This document shows, piece by piece, positions 37,200 to 45,965 of a stretch of 64,000 bases of DNA (position 1 is the stretch's first letter; each line of letters opens with the position of its first letter). The DNA is from Vicinamibacteria bacterium. Its GTDB lineage: Bacteria > Acidobacteriota > Vicinamibacteria > Vicinamibacterales > JAENWD01. A program made the position numbers and the translations under genes. The stretch spans positions 141,877-205,876 of the forward strand of contig CAWDCH010000013.1 in NCBI GenBank assembly GCA_963800785.1, read 5' to 3'. The notes below the pieces were generated by a model. The model had not been told where the DNA came from. It saw nothing but the letters and a program-made list of their open reading frames with translations, and ran no database searches.

Positions 37200-38387
37200 C
37201 TACTGAGACGCGCTCGCTGGCGCCGCGTCGGCAACCAGCGGAATCGCGCGCACCTTCGTTCCCGGCGCCATCGGCTTGCGTGCGTCGGCCGCGATCTGGT
37301 CGCCGGGAGCGAGACCACTCACGATCTGGACGCGCGTCTCGTCTCCCAGACCTTCGGTGACTGAAACCGCAGACACGGCGCCGTTGGCGACGCGATAGGC
37401 GACGCGCGCTCCGTTGCGGGTGGCAACGGCATCGCGCGGCACGAGCGTCGCGGCGGTGGCGCGGCCGGTCTCGATGCGGGCCGTGGCATACATCCCTGAG
37501 AGGAGCTCACCCTTCGGATTCTGGACGCGCACTTCGACCCGGAAGTGCCGATTTCGCGCGTCGACTTCGGGTGCCACCGCGACCACGCGTCCGGGCCACG
37601 ACTGGCCCGGTCGAGCCTGCACCGAAACGACGGCGGGCATGCCAACCTGCAGGCGTCCCGCTTCCAGCTCCGACACGCCGGCCTCGAGCTTCATCTCGTT
37701 GACATCGGCAACGACGACCACGCCTTTGCTGTCGCCGGGCCCGACGAGCGCGCCCTGGTCGAAGTTGCGTTCGACGACGACACCCGCGGTCGGCGCGGTC
37801 AGGGTGGCGTCGCGGCGCACTTCCTTGGCGCGGCGAAGCGATGCTTCGGCCTGCTGCAGCGTGGCCGCGGAGAGGCTGCGCGCGGCGGTGGCTGAACGCA
37901 GCGCCGTCTCCGCCGCGTCGAGGCGCTGCTTGGCCAGCGCGCCCTTCTGGAACAGGTTTGTCGAGCGATCGAATTCGAGCTTGGCGTTGGCGAGCGCTGC
38001 CTCCGACTGCTCAAGCCCCGCACGCGTGACGGCCACGGCCGCCTCGGCGGCGTCGGTCTGCGCGTCCAGCTCGCGGCGATCCTGAATGGCCACGAGCTGT
38101 CCCGGCGACACCCGATCGCCGATGTCGACCATGACCCGCTGCAGCGTGCCCGACATCTTCGGAATGACGGCGACGCGGCTGCGCGGCGAGACGCTGCCCG
38201 AAATCGTCAGCGACGCGAGCAGATCGCCCGTGCCGACCGTGACCACCGAGACGGCCGGCAGTTCCACCGTCACCACCGAGGGCGCTTTTTCAAGCGACTC
38301 GGCCTGACCGCTCTCTCCGCACGACGCGGCGCCAACGGCGCCGCCGAGTATTCCGACGAGGATGAGTGCAGCGTGCTTACGTTGCAT
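37200..38387 (-). CDS. RND efflux periplasmic adaptor (membrane fusion protein)
   Basis: The start is probably ATG 38387 (MQRKHAALILVGILGG...CGE lipobox-like). Coiled-coil and barrel-sandwich regions are present. Confidence 0.85.
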   Translation of the reverse strand: MQRKHAALILVGILGGAVGAASCGESGQAESLEKAPSVVTVELPAVSVVTVGTGDLLASLTISGSVSPRSRVAVIPKMSGTLQRVMVDIGDRVSPGQLVAIQDRRELDAQTDAAEAAVAVTRAGLEQSEAALANAKLEFDRSTNLFQKGALAKQRLDAAETALRSATAARSLSAATLQQAEASLRRAKEVRRDATLTAPTAGVVVERNFDQGALVGPGDSKGVVVVADVNEMKLEAGVSELEAGRLQVGMPAVVSVQARPGQSWPGRVVAVAPEVDARNRHFRVEVRVQNPKGELLSGMYATARIETGRATAATLVPRDAVATRNGARVAYRVANGAVSAVSVTEGLGDETRVQIVSGLAPGDQIAADARKPMAPGTKVRAIPLVADAAPASASQ

Positions 38388-39075
38388 GATTGACAGCTCC
38401 CGAAGTCTGCGCGGCGCCTCTGGCGGTCGCCGGGGCCGGGGTGCACGTGGCGACGAAGGTCGTGCGGATACCAGCGCGCAGGCCGGCGATCGTGGCGTCG
38501 AGCGTGTCGGCGGCGAGGCAGTCCGGGTCTTCACCATTGCCGAGGCGCTGCCCGATTGAGAGCACCGACGGTCCGTGCACGGCGGCCCAGAGGATGTGGA
38601 ACGCCGCTGAGACGTCGAGGTCGCGTGGGAATACGCCGGCGTCGACACATCGCCCGACCATGCGGTCCGCGTCCTGCATCATCTCGACGAGGAAGCCGAA
38701 ACGTTCCAGATCCTCGAGGTGGGGGACCGAGCGATCCACGAACATCAGCTCGAAGTACTTGGGCTGCTCGCGGGCGAAGCGGTAGTAGGCGAACATCATC
38801 GCGCGCAGGGCGCGCAGCGGATCGGTTTCAGTGCTCGCCGCAGCGTCCGCGGCGCGCTTGATCATGTGGAAGCCTTCCTCGGCGAGCGCGAAGAAGATCT
38901 CGTCCTTGCTCGCGAAGTAGCCGTAGATCGCGGCGGGGCTGTACTCGATGCGCTCGGCGATCTTGCGCATCGACACGGTGCGGTAGCCCTCGTTGACGAA
39001 GAGCTCGCGCGCGGCGTGCAGAATGGCGTTACGCACGGCAGCGCGCTCGCGGTCCTGACGTTCTTTGATTCCCAT
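38377..39075 (-). CDS. TetR/AcrR-family transcriptional regulator
   Basis: The likely start is ATG 39075 (MGIKERQDRERAAVRNAILHAARELFVNEGYRTVSMRKIAERIEYSPAAIYGYF). It heads the efflux operon. Confidence 0.85.
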   Translation of the reverse strand: MGIKERQDRERAAVRNAILHAARELFVNEGYRTVSMRKIAERIEYSPAAIYGYFASKDEIFFALAEEGFHMIKRAADAAASTETDPLRALRAMMFAYYRFAREQPKYFELMFVDRSVPHLEDLERFGFLVEMMQDADRMVGRCVDAGVFPRDLDVSAAFHILWAAVHGPSVLSIGQRLGNGEDPDCLAADTLDATIAGLRAGIRTTFVATCTPAPATARGAAQTSGAVNHAT

Positions 39076-39094
39076 CTGAATTGTGTTTCCAGGA

Positions 39095-39122
39095 TGAACA
39101 GTGTTCGGCTGAACGGTGTTCA
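39095..39122. promoter_or_regulatory. candidate TetR operator: two adjacent palindromes TGAACAGTGTTC / TGAACGGTGTTCA
   Basis: GAACA-G-TGTTC is a perfect inverted repeat. A second, near-identical copy lies 3 nt away, 20-47 nt upstream of the tetR start. Confidence 0.45.
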
Positions 39123-39594
39123 GAGAATATGTGGGAATAGACGCGCAGCGCAAGTGATTTGTTTCACAAACTTACAACTCCTTTATCAAGCAAAGGTTAC
39201 GTGGGTTGCTGGGGTCACGTTGGTTCCCGGTCTGGTGCCGTTGGTCGGGTTTGCCGGACTCCCCGGCACCCGAGGAACCGCTAGCGACTCGGGAAACGCG
39301 GTCAGCCTGATTAACCCGGGCAACCCGATGACGATTTCCGGCAACTGCCGTCGGCCGCCCGTCAATTCTCGCCGCTGCGCACCATCGCCCATTACACGAA
39401 CTCGGACGCGCGTTTTCGACAACGCGATTCAAAAACGTTCGCAAATCCGCGACGTCGGTCCGAGGGTGCGGCCACCGCGTCACGTGTGTGACGCCGGGGC
39501 ACGTGCCTTGCACTTGCGCTGCCGCAACGCGGTCGCACCCAGGCGACCGAAGGAGATCGACGCGTGTTCTAGGCGATCAGGAAGGGAGCGTCAT

Positions 39595-40602
39595 TTGTTC
39601 AAGTCTGCTTTGCTTGCCCCCGCGGTCATCGTCTGTAGTCTTGCCATACCGGCGCGTGCGCAGACTGCCGACAGCCCTTCGAACGCTTCCACGTCGCCTC
39701 AGGCCACGACCGCGCGTCCGACCTTCGCGGCCAGCGTCGATCTCGTCGCGCTGACCGTCACCGTGACCGACAACACCAATCAGTACGTGCGCAACCTCGG
39801 TCTCGGTGATTTCACTGTCTTCGAGGATGGCGTCGCGCAGCCAGTCTCGTTTTTCGGCGTCTCGGACGTCCCGCTCGACCTGGCGTTGCTCATCGACGCC
39901 AGCGCCAGCATGCAACCGCAGATCGGGATGGTGCGGCAGGCGGCCACCGGCCTGTTGCACGCTCTGAAACCTGGCGATCGTGCGGCGCTGGTGGAGTTCC
40001 GCGACCAGATCGCGCTGGGCCAGCCGATGACCGGCGATCTCGACCGCGTGGCCGCTGCGATCCATCAGATCAACGCACATGGCGGCACGTCGCTCTACAG
40101 CGCGCTGTATGTGACGCTTCGCGACTTTCAGAAGGCGTCCGTCGATCGCTCCACGGTTCGCCGCCGCGCGATCGTCGTCCTCTCGGACGGGTCCGACACA
40201 GGAAGTCTGGTTTCGTTCGAGGATGTGCTCGATCTGGCGCGACGCGCAGGCGTGACGGTCTATACCATTGCGATGAAGTCGCGCGACCCGCTTGCTCGAC
40301 CGTCCTCACAGCGCCGCTTTCTTTCGCAGTCCGACTTCGCGATGCGCGCGCTCGCCGAGGAGACCGGCGCCCGGGCCTTTTTCCCAATGAACGGTGCGGA
40401 GGTGAAGCAGGTCTACGCGACGATCGCGTCGGAGTTGTCGGCGCAGTACGCGATCGGTTATACATCGCGCAATCCGCAGCAGGATGGCGGGTGGCGCCGC
40501 ATTCTCGTTCGCATTGCCTCACGTCCCGGCATGCGGTCCCGTACGCGCACCGGCTACTTCGCTGCCGGCGTACAGGCGTTGGCAGCCGCATTGCGCGACT
40601 AA
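39595..40602 (+). CDS. VWA-domain protein of the acidobacterial VWFA-related type
   Basis: TTG 39595 follows GGAAGGGAG. A signal peptide is followed by VDLVALTVTVTDNTNQYVRNLGLGDFTVFEDGVAQPV and the MIDAS-like LLIDASASM. Confidence 0.8.
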   Translation: MFKSALLAPAVIVCSLAIPARAQTADSPSNASTSPQATTARPTFAASVDLVALTVTVTDNTNQYVRNLGLGDFTVFEDGVAQPVSFFGVSDVPLDLALLIDASASMQPQIGMVRQAATGLLHALKPGDRAALVEFRDQIALGQPMTGDLDRVAAAIHQINAHGGTSLYSALYVTLRDFQKASVDRSTVRRRAIVVLSDGSDTGSLVSFEDVLDLARRAGVTVYTIAMKSRDPLARPSSQRRFLSQSDFAMRALAEETGARAFFPMNGAEVKQVYATIASELSAQYAIGYTSRNPQQDGGWRRILVRIASRPGMRSRTRTGYFAAGVQALAAALRD

Positions 40603-40635
40603 TGCGGTGCTGCGGTGCCGCTTGCGGTGCTGCGG
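40603..40635. repeat. short direct word run (TGCGGTGC x4)
   Basis: TGCGGTGCTGCGGTGCCGCTTGCGGTGCTGCGG begins immediately after the VWA stop codon. Confidence 0.5.
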
Positions 40636-40706
40636 ATCATATGTAGGGCGGAACTTCGGTCCGCGGCGCGGCTGGGCTGAACCGCAACCCCAGATGTCGC
40701 TGGGCA

Positions 40707-41219
40707 ATGCCACCGGGGCGCATTGTCATGCGCCCCTCCATGTATTCTTCTGACGTGTTTGGTCGCTTCGCGGCAACCGTGATGTTGTTGCTTGCCCTGA
40801 TTGGCGGCGCAGCGCTGCCTTTGGTTGCGTGCGCGCGCGCGTTATCCATCCCCGCGATCGCGCAGACGGCGCGTGCGATCGACGCTGCCGGCCGCCTCGT
40901 GTGCCACCAGCGGCCCGAACGGTCCTTCAGCGCGTGCGGATACCCGTGGCCGGTGTGCGGCCGCTGCGCGGGGCTGTATCTCGGCGCCGCCGCGGGGGCG
41001 ATAGTCTTCGCCTTCTGGCGCGTCGACCGTGTCGCGGCGACCACATCGGCGTGGCGACGGCGTTTGTTTGTGGCGGCCCTCCCGACGGGCGTGTTGTGGG
41101 TGGGCGAGTTCATCTTGAGGCTCGATCCCGGTACGCTCGTGCGCTTCCTGGGCGCCCTGCCGGCCGGCACGGCCGGTGCAGCGTGGCTGATGGCGATTGC
41201 GCGCGGGGACCTGCGGTAG
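40707..41219 (+). CDS. DUF2085-like membrane protein
   Basis: CHQRPERSF...GYPWPVCGRCAGLYLG motif with several TM segments. Confidence 0.7.
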   Translation: MPPGRIVMRPSMYSSDVFGRFAATVMLLLALIGGAALPLVACARALSIPAIAQTARAIDAAGRLVCHQRPERSFSACGYPWPVCGRCAGLYLGAAAGAIVFAFWRVDRVAATTSAWRRRLFVAALPTGVLWVGEFILRLDPGTLVRFLGALPAGTAGAAWLMAIARGDLR

Positions 41220-41261
41220 ACTGGTGCGGTGCGTGCGACCACCATTGAGCGAGCGCAGGGC

Positions 41262-41621
41262 ATGAACCCGGTGCTCGTCGGGCTCGCCGCGTGGCTGATT
41301 CCGGGGGCCGGACATCTCCTGGTCGGCCAGCGCGGCAAGGGGCTGGTATTTCTTCTGATCCTTCCGCTCATGTTTGCCTTGGGGCTGGCGCTCGAAGGTC
41401 GCCTCTTCCCGTTCGAACCTGCGCAGCCCCTGGTCGCCCTTGCGGCGATCGCGGACGTGGGCATTGGCGTCCCATACTTCGTCGCTAAAGCGCTCGGCCA
41501 CGGAGCCGGGCGGGTCGTGGCGGTCACCTACGAGTACGGCAACACCTTCGTCATCGTCGCCGGCCTGCTGAATCTGCTCGTCGTCTGCGACGCCTGGGAC
41601 ATCGCGAGCGGCCGGAAATAG
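41262..41621 (+). CDS. small integral membrane protein (WLIPGAGH motif)
   Basis: ORF 41229..41621. The likely start is MNPVLVGLAAWLIPGAGHLLVGQ. Three or four hydrophobic segments are present. Confidence 0.55.
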   Translation: MNPVLVGLAAWLIPGAGHLLVGQRGKGLVFLLILPLMFALGLALEGRLFPFEPAQPLVALAAIADVGIGVPYFVAKALGHGAGRVVAVTYEYGNTFVIVAGLLNLLVVCDAWDIASGRK

Positions 41622-41643
41622 GCTGCTAGACATCTGGCCTGCC

Positions 41644-41817
41644 GTGCACTCCCATTTCCTCCTGCTGATTCTGTTCGCGCTGTTCGTCTCGATCGTCTTT
41701 GCGGCGCTGCTGCGAGACGATCCTCGTGCGCAGGTGCGCTTTGGCGCGGTGATGTTCGCCAGCTTCGTCGCCGGCGCCGTGGTGCTGGGCTGGCTGATGT
41801 ATCCGTTCCCGCTCTGA
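41644..41817 (+). CDS. possible 57-aa two-TM membrane peptide (below the ORF-track size cut-off)
   Basis: My translation from GTG 41644 is VHSHFLLLILFALFVSIVFAALLRDDPRAQVRFGAVMFASFVAGAVVLGWLMYPFPL*. The opposite-strand track ORF 41626..41856 is not protein-like. Confidence 0.35.
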   Translation: MHSHFLLLILFALFVSIVFAALLRDDPRAQVRFGAVMFASFVAGAVVLGWLMYPFPL

Positions 41818-41836
41818 GAGCGGATCGACGTCAGCT

Positions 41837-42259
41837 GTGACCGCTGGTCCGGCCAATGGCCGCCGTCATCCGGCTCTCTCGCAAATGGCGTGGTGGTGGG
41901 GGCCGGTCCTGATCTACGCAGCACTCATCTTCATTGCCTCGTCGATTCCCCAGCCGCCGAGCCTGCCGCAGATCGTGACCGACAAGGACGTTCACGGCGG
42001 TGTCTACGCCGGCTTCGCGCTGGTGGTACTGCGAGCGTTGGCCAGGCGCTGGGAGCGCGTGACGCTGCTGACGATGGCGGGAGCCGTCGTCCTGGCGGTC
42101 CTGTACGGCGCCTCAGACGAATTCCATCAGTCGTTCGTGCCCGGCCGGACGTCCGATATCGCGGACCTGCGCGCGGATGCAATCGGCGCGACGGTGGCGG
42201 TCGGCCTTGCGGGGGCGATCTCGCGATTTCGCGGGCGCGTCTCGGACGCTAAAATCTAA
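41837..42259 (+). CDS. VanZ-like family membrane protein
   Basis: SDEFHQSFVPGRTSDIADLRADAIGA motif. The start may be the internal MAWWWGPVLIY. Confidence 0.7.
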   Translation: MTAGPANGRRHPALSQMAWWWGPVLIYAALIFIASSIPQPPSLPQIVTDKDVHGGVYAGFALVVLRALARRWERVTLLTMAGAVVLAVLYGASDEFHQSFVPGRTSDIADLRADAIGATVAVGLAGAISRFRGRVSDAKI

Positions 42260-42263
42260 GGCA

Positions 42264-43040
42264 ATGAGCTACGAGACGCTGATCGTCGAGCTGGACGGTC
42301 CTGTTTTGCTGATCACGGTGAACCGTCCGAAGGCGCTGAACGCGCTGAGCGCACGCGTTCTGGACGACTTGTCGAACGCGCTCGACGAGGTTGCGGCTGA
42401 TCGCCAGGTGCGCGCACTCGTCGTCACTGGGGCGGGCGATCGGGCGTTCGTGGCTGGCGCGGACATCTCGGAACTGTCGTCTCTCAGCCCCGAGTCGGCT
42501 CGTGCGCTGGCGCTGCGCGGCCACGCCGTATTCACGAAGCTCGAGACGCTTGGCAAACCGTCAATCGCAGCCATCAACGGCTTTGCGCTTGGCGGCGGCT
42601 GCGAGCTGGCGATGGCCTGCACGCTCCGACTGGCGTCGGAGGCCGCGATACTCGGGCAGCCCGAAATCGATCTCGGCCTGCTGCCGGGATTCGGTGGAAC
42701 ACAGCGACTGCCGCGTCTCGTTGGCCGGGGACGTGCGCTCGATCTGCTGCTGACCGGACGTCGGATCGATTCGGCCGAGGCCGAGCGGATAGGCCTCGTC
42801 AATCGGGTCGTCCCTGGCCGGGTGCTTCTCGACGAAGCGCGGACACTGGCAAAGACGCTCGCCGCCAAGCCAGCCACCGCGATTCGCTACATTCTCGAAG
42901 CCGTGCACGGCGGCGCCGACCTTTCGTTCGATGCTGGCTGCCGGATAGAAGCATCGCTCTTCGGCCTGGTCGCGTCGACACCGGACATGGCCGAGGGCAC
43001 GCGGGCGTTTCTCGAAAAGCGGAAGCCCCGCTTCGATTGA
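42264..43040 (+). CDS. enoyl-CoA hydratase (crotonase family)
   Basis: The real start is ATG 42264 (MSYETLIVELDGPVLLITVNRPKALNAL). Also AAINGFALGGGCELAMAC. Confidence 0.9.
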   Translation: MSYETLIVELDGPVLLITVNRPKALNALSARVLDDLSNALDEVAADRQVRALVVTGAGDRAFVAGADISELSSLSPESARALALRGHAVFTKLETLGKPSIAAINGFALGGGCELAMACTLRLASEAAILGQPEIDLGLLPGFGGTQRLPRLVGRGRALDLLLTGRRIDSAEAERIGLVNRVVPGRVLLDEARTLAKTLAAKPATAIRYILEAVHGGADLSFDAGCRIEASLFGLVASTPDMAEGTRAFLEKRKPRFD

Positions 43041-43044
43041 GACC

Positions 43045-43533
43045 ATGCAGACGCTCGAGGGTAGTGACAAGGCCAAGGGCTTCAAGTTCGCAATCGTCGT
43101 GGCGCGGTTCAACGACTTCGTCACCGACCGACTGCTGGCGGGCGCGCTCGACGCACTCTCCAGCGCGGAGGTTGCATCAGGCGACGTGACGGTGCTCAGA
43201 GTGCCGGGAAGCTTCGAGATTCCGATTGCAGCGCAGCGTGCCGCCGAGACCGGCCGATTCGATGGCGTGATCTGCCTCGGATGTCTCATTCGTGGCGAGA
43301 CGCCGCATTTCGACTACATCGCGCAAGCCGTCTCGCATGGCCTGACGCATGCGGCCGCCGCCACGGGGGTGCCGATGGCCTTCGGCGTGCTGACGACGAA
43401 CTCCGCGGAAGAAGCGTTGGCCCGCGTGCCAACCGGGCCCAGCAACAAGGGGTGGGAAGCCGCGATGGCCAGCGTCGAGATGGCCACCCTGCTGGCGCGG
43501 CTGGGCGACGGGCGTCCTGGAGGCCCGGCGTGA
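43045..43533 (+). CDS. ribH: 6,7-dimethyl-8-ribityllumazine synthase
   Basis: FAIVVARFNDFVTDRLLAGA, VPGSFEIP and GCLIRGETPHFDYI. Confidence 0.9.
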   Translation: MQTLEGSDKAKGFKFAIVVARFNDFVTDRLLAGALDALSSAEVASGDVTVLRVPGSFEIPIAAQRAAETGRFDGVICLGCLIRGETPHFDYIAQAVSHGLTHAAAATGVPMAFGVLTTNSAEEALARVPTGPSNKGWEAAMASVEMATLLARLGDGRPGGPA

Positions 43534-44000
43534 TCGAGTCAGCTAGCGGCTGGGAGTGGGCGCGGCAGGCAAGGGGTGTCGCCGTCCAGATGCTGTATCA
43601 GTGGGAGGTGGGCCGATTGACCGTCCCCGAAGTGGCGGAGTCGTTCTGGCGCATCGGCGAAATCGACGAGAGCATTCCCGACCGTGCGCGTGAACGGGCA
43701 GCCGAGCTCGTCCGCGGAACAGTAGAACAGCTTGGACGGATCGATCGCATCCTGGAGGACGCGTCGCGCAACTGGCGCCTCGATCGCATGCCGGTGATCG
43801 ATCGGCTAATTTTGCGGCTCGGGATCTATGAGCTGCTGTACGACACCGACACACCGTCCGCCGTCGTGATTGACGAAGCGATCGAGCTCGCACGTCGCTT
43901 CAGCACGGAAGAAGCCGTGCCGTTCGTGAACGGCGTGCTCGATGGCGTCAAGGATCGGATCGAACGCGGCGAGATCGCCGCAGGCCCCACAGCATCATGA
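43530..44000 (+). CDS. nusB: transcription antitermination factor NusB
   Basis: GTG 43530 overlaps the ribH stop (GTGA). Sequence includes AVQMLYQWEV, DRMPVIDRLILRLGIYEL and IDEAIELARRFS. Confidence 0.85.
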   Translation: MIESASGWEWARQARGVAVQMLYQWEVGRLTVPEVAESFWRIGEIDESIPDRARERAAELVRGTVEQLGRIDRILEDASRNWRLDRMPVIDRLILRLGIYELLYDTDTPSAVVIDEAIELARRFSTEEAVPFVNGVLDGVKDRIERGEIAAGPTAS

Positions 44001-45496
44001 GTCAGGAAGACGAGCAGGTTCAGCAGCGCCGCCAGCACCTCGAAAGTGTCGCCGCGCTTGGCGTCCCGACCTATCCGAATCGCTTCGATCGCACCGATAC
44101 CATTTCCGCGCTCGTCGCCGCGCACGGTGACGAAACTGCGGAGGCGCTCGAGGCAGGCAAGGTAGAGACCGTTACCGCCGGTCGCGTGCTGGCGATTCGG
44201 AGCTTCGGCAAGGCCAGCTTCCTGGCGCTTTCGGATGGCTTGCAGCGCATCCAGGTGTACATTCGGCAGGACGCCCTGCCGGAGCGCGACTTCCAGATCT
44301 ACAAGCTGCTCGACCTGGGCGACCATGTCGGCGTCGCCGGACATCTGTTCAGGACGCGCACCGGCGAGCTGACGATCTGGGCGAAAAAGCTCGAATTCCT
44401 GGCCAAGTGCCATCTGCCACTCCCGGAGAAGTGGCACGGGCTCACCGACATCGAAACCAGATACCGCCAGCGCTATCTCGATCTGATCGTCAACCCTGAA
44501 TCGCGCCAGGTCTTCGAAGTGCGGGCCAGGGTCGTCGCGACCATTCGCCGATTTCTCGATGCGCGCGGCTTCCTCGAGGTCGAGACGCCGGTGATGCAGC
44601 TAGTGGCAGGTGGCGCGGCGGCCCGGCCCTTCGTCACGCGTCACAATGCGCTCGACATGGACCTTTTCCTGCGCATCGCCCCCGAGCTGTATCTCAAGCG
44701 GCTCGTCGTCGGCGGCATCGAACGCGTCTACGAGCTGTCGCGGAATTTCCGGAACGAGGGCGTCTCTACCCAGCACAATCCCGAGTTCACGATGCTCGAG
44801 TTCTACCAGGCCTACGCGGACTATCAAGAGCTGATGGTCCTGACCGAGCAGATGCTGGTGGAAACGGCACAGGCGGCCATCGGACGCGAGGAGACTGAGT
44901 TCAACGGCCACACTATTTCGTTCCTTGCGCCGTTCAGGCGGCTCTCGCTGCGTCCCGCCGCCGCCGAGGCCGCAAGCCGGCGGCTCGCCGCGCCGGTCAC
45001 CGAAGCAGACCTGCGGCAGACGGAGACCGCGCTCGCTGTCGCGGCAAAGCTGGGGCTCGATCTTCCCAACTCGACGACGGCAGGCAAGGCGGCGACCGAG
45101 ATCTTCGAAGCCCTCTGGGAACGGGATCTCGTCCAGCCGACGTTCGTCTACGACTTTCCGACGGAGGTCTCGCCGCTTTCAAAGCAGAAGCCCGACGACC
45201 CGGACACCGTCGAGCGCTTCGAGCTGTACATCGGCGGCTTCGAGGTGGCGAACGCGTTCAGCGAGCTGAACGATCCGCTGGAGCAGCGCCGCCGTTTCGA
45301 GCAGCAGCTCGAGGAACGGCGCAAAGGTGACGCCGAAGCCCACGTGATGGACGAAGACTACGTCCGGGCGCTCGAATACGGTCTGCCGCCGACCGGCGGG
45401 GAAGGGATCGGCATCGACCGGCTCGTGATGGTGCTGACGGGAAGTCCCTCGATTCGGGACGTAATTCTGTTTCCCCACATGCGTCGACGGGACTGA
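43997..45496 (+). CDS. lysS: lysine--tRNA ligase (class II)
   Basis: 499 aa with an OB-fold N-terminal domain and class II motifs (FLEVETPVMQ, YELSRNFRNEG, GEGIGIDRLVM). Confidence 0.92.
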   Translation: MSQEDEQVQQRRQHLESVAALGVPTYPNRFDRTDTISALVAAHGDETAEALEAGKVETVTAGRVLAIRSFGKASFLALSDGLQRIQVYIRQDALPERDFQIYKLLDLGDHVGVAGHLFRTRTGELTIWAKKLEFLAKCHLPLPEKWHGLTDIETRYRQRYLDLIVNPESRQVFEVRARVVATIRRFLDARGFLEVETPVMQLVAGGAAARPFVTRHNALDMDLFLRIAPELYLKRLVVGGIERVYELSRNFRNEGVSTQHNPEFTMLEFYQAYADYQELMVLTEQMLVETAQAAIGREETEFNGHTISFLAPFRRLSLRPAAAEAASRRLAAPVTEADLRQTETALAVAAKLGLDLPNSTTAGKAATEIFEALWERDLVQPTFVYDFPTEVSPLSKQKPDDPDTVERFELYIGGFEVANAFSELNDPLEQRRRFEQQLEERRKGDAEAHVMDEDYVRALEYGLPPTGGEGIGIDRLVMVLTGSPSIRDVILFPHMRRRD

Positions 45497-45502
45497 GGCC
45501 GG

Positions 45503-45965
45503 ACAGACCACAAAACTGCAGACCACGGACCGCAGACCACAGGCCGATTCAGGCCCGCGGTCCTTCGGCGTCGATCACGACGATCAACTTCTGCAAGGTC
45601 CTGATGGTCTGAACGCTGTAGTTTTGCAACGAGATTGAGCGTCCTCACTCAGTAAAGACTGGCGCCTGCTCAAGTCGATTAGGTAGTCGGTTTCGCAGGC
45701 TGAGGATAGGGCTATGTCCAGGAAGCGTCGGTAATCGCGCTCCGATGTCCTTTGCAGACCCTTCGACGATATTGGCCGGAATCGACATTGCGGTACGTCG
45801 TAACTGGCTTTGTATTACGAACCGTCCGGTGACCGGGAACGCCTTGGTCTCTTCATAGATGCAAAGCGCGAGGGCATCGGCGAGGTGGAAGGCCTTGAGC
45901 TTTCTGTGGTCGTGTCTGTGGTCTGGAGTCTGTAGTCTGGAGCCTGTAGTCTGTAGCCTGTCACT
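45503..45965. repeat. inverted word arms (CAGACCACRG left, CTGTGGTCT/CTGTAGTCT right) enclosing a four-helix-bundle gene remnant
   Basis: The left arm (45503-45543) and right arm (45903-45965) are built from mutually complementary words. The enclosed gene fills the space exactly. Confidence 0.75.
45549..45914 (-). pseudogene. four-helix-bundle protein (23S rRNA intervening-sequence protein / Avd-like family), no start codon and at least one frame shift
   Basis: My three-frame reading gives DHRKLKAFHLADALALCIYEETKAFPVTGRFVIQSQLRRTAMSIPANIVEGSA, then a shift near 45751-45753. It continues RTSERDYRRFLDIALSSACETDYLIDLSRRQSLLSED, then a probable second shift near 45640, then SISLQNYSVQTIRTLQKLIVVIDAEGPRA*. 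Confidence 0.75.

Noticed and set aside
40637-41924. Minus-strand ORFs 40637..41527 and 40842..41924
   Set aside because: They are antisense to the small membrane-protein genes and have Arg/Pro/Ala-rich composition.
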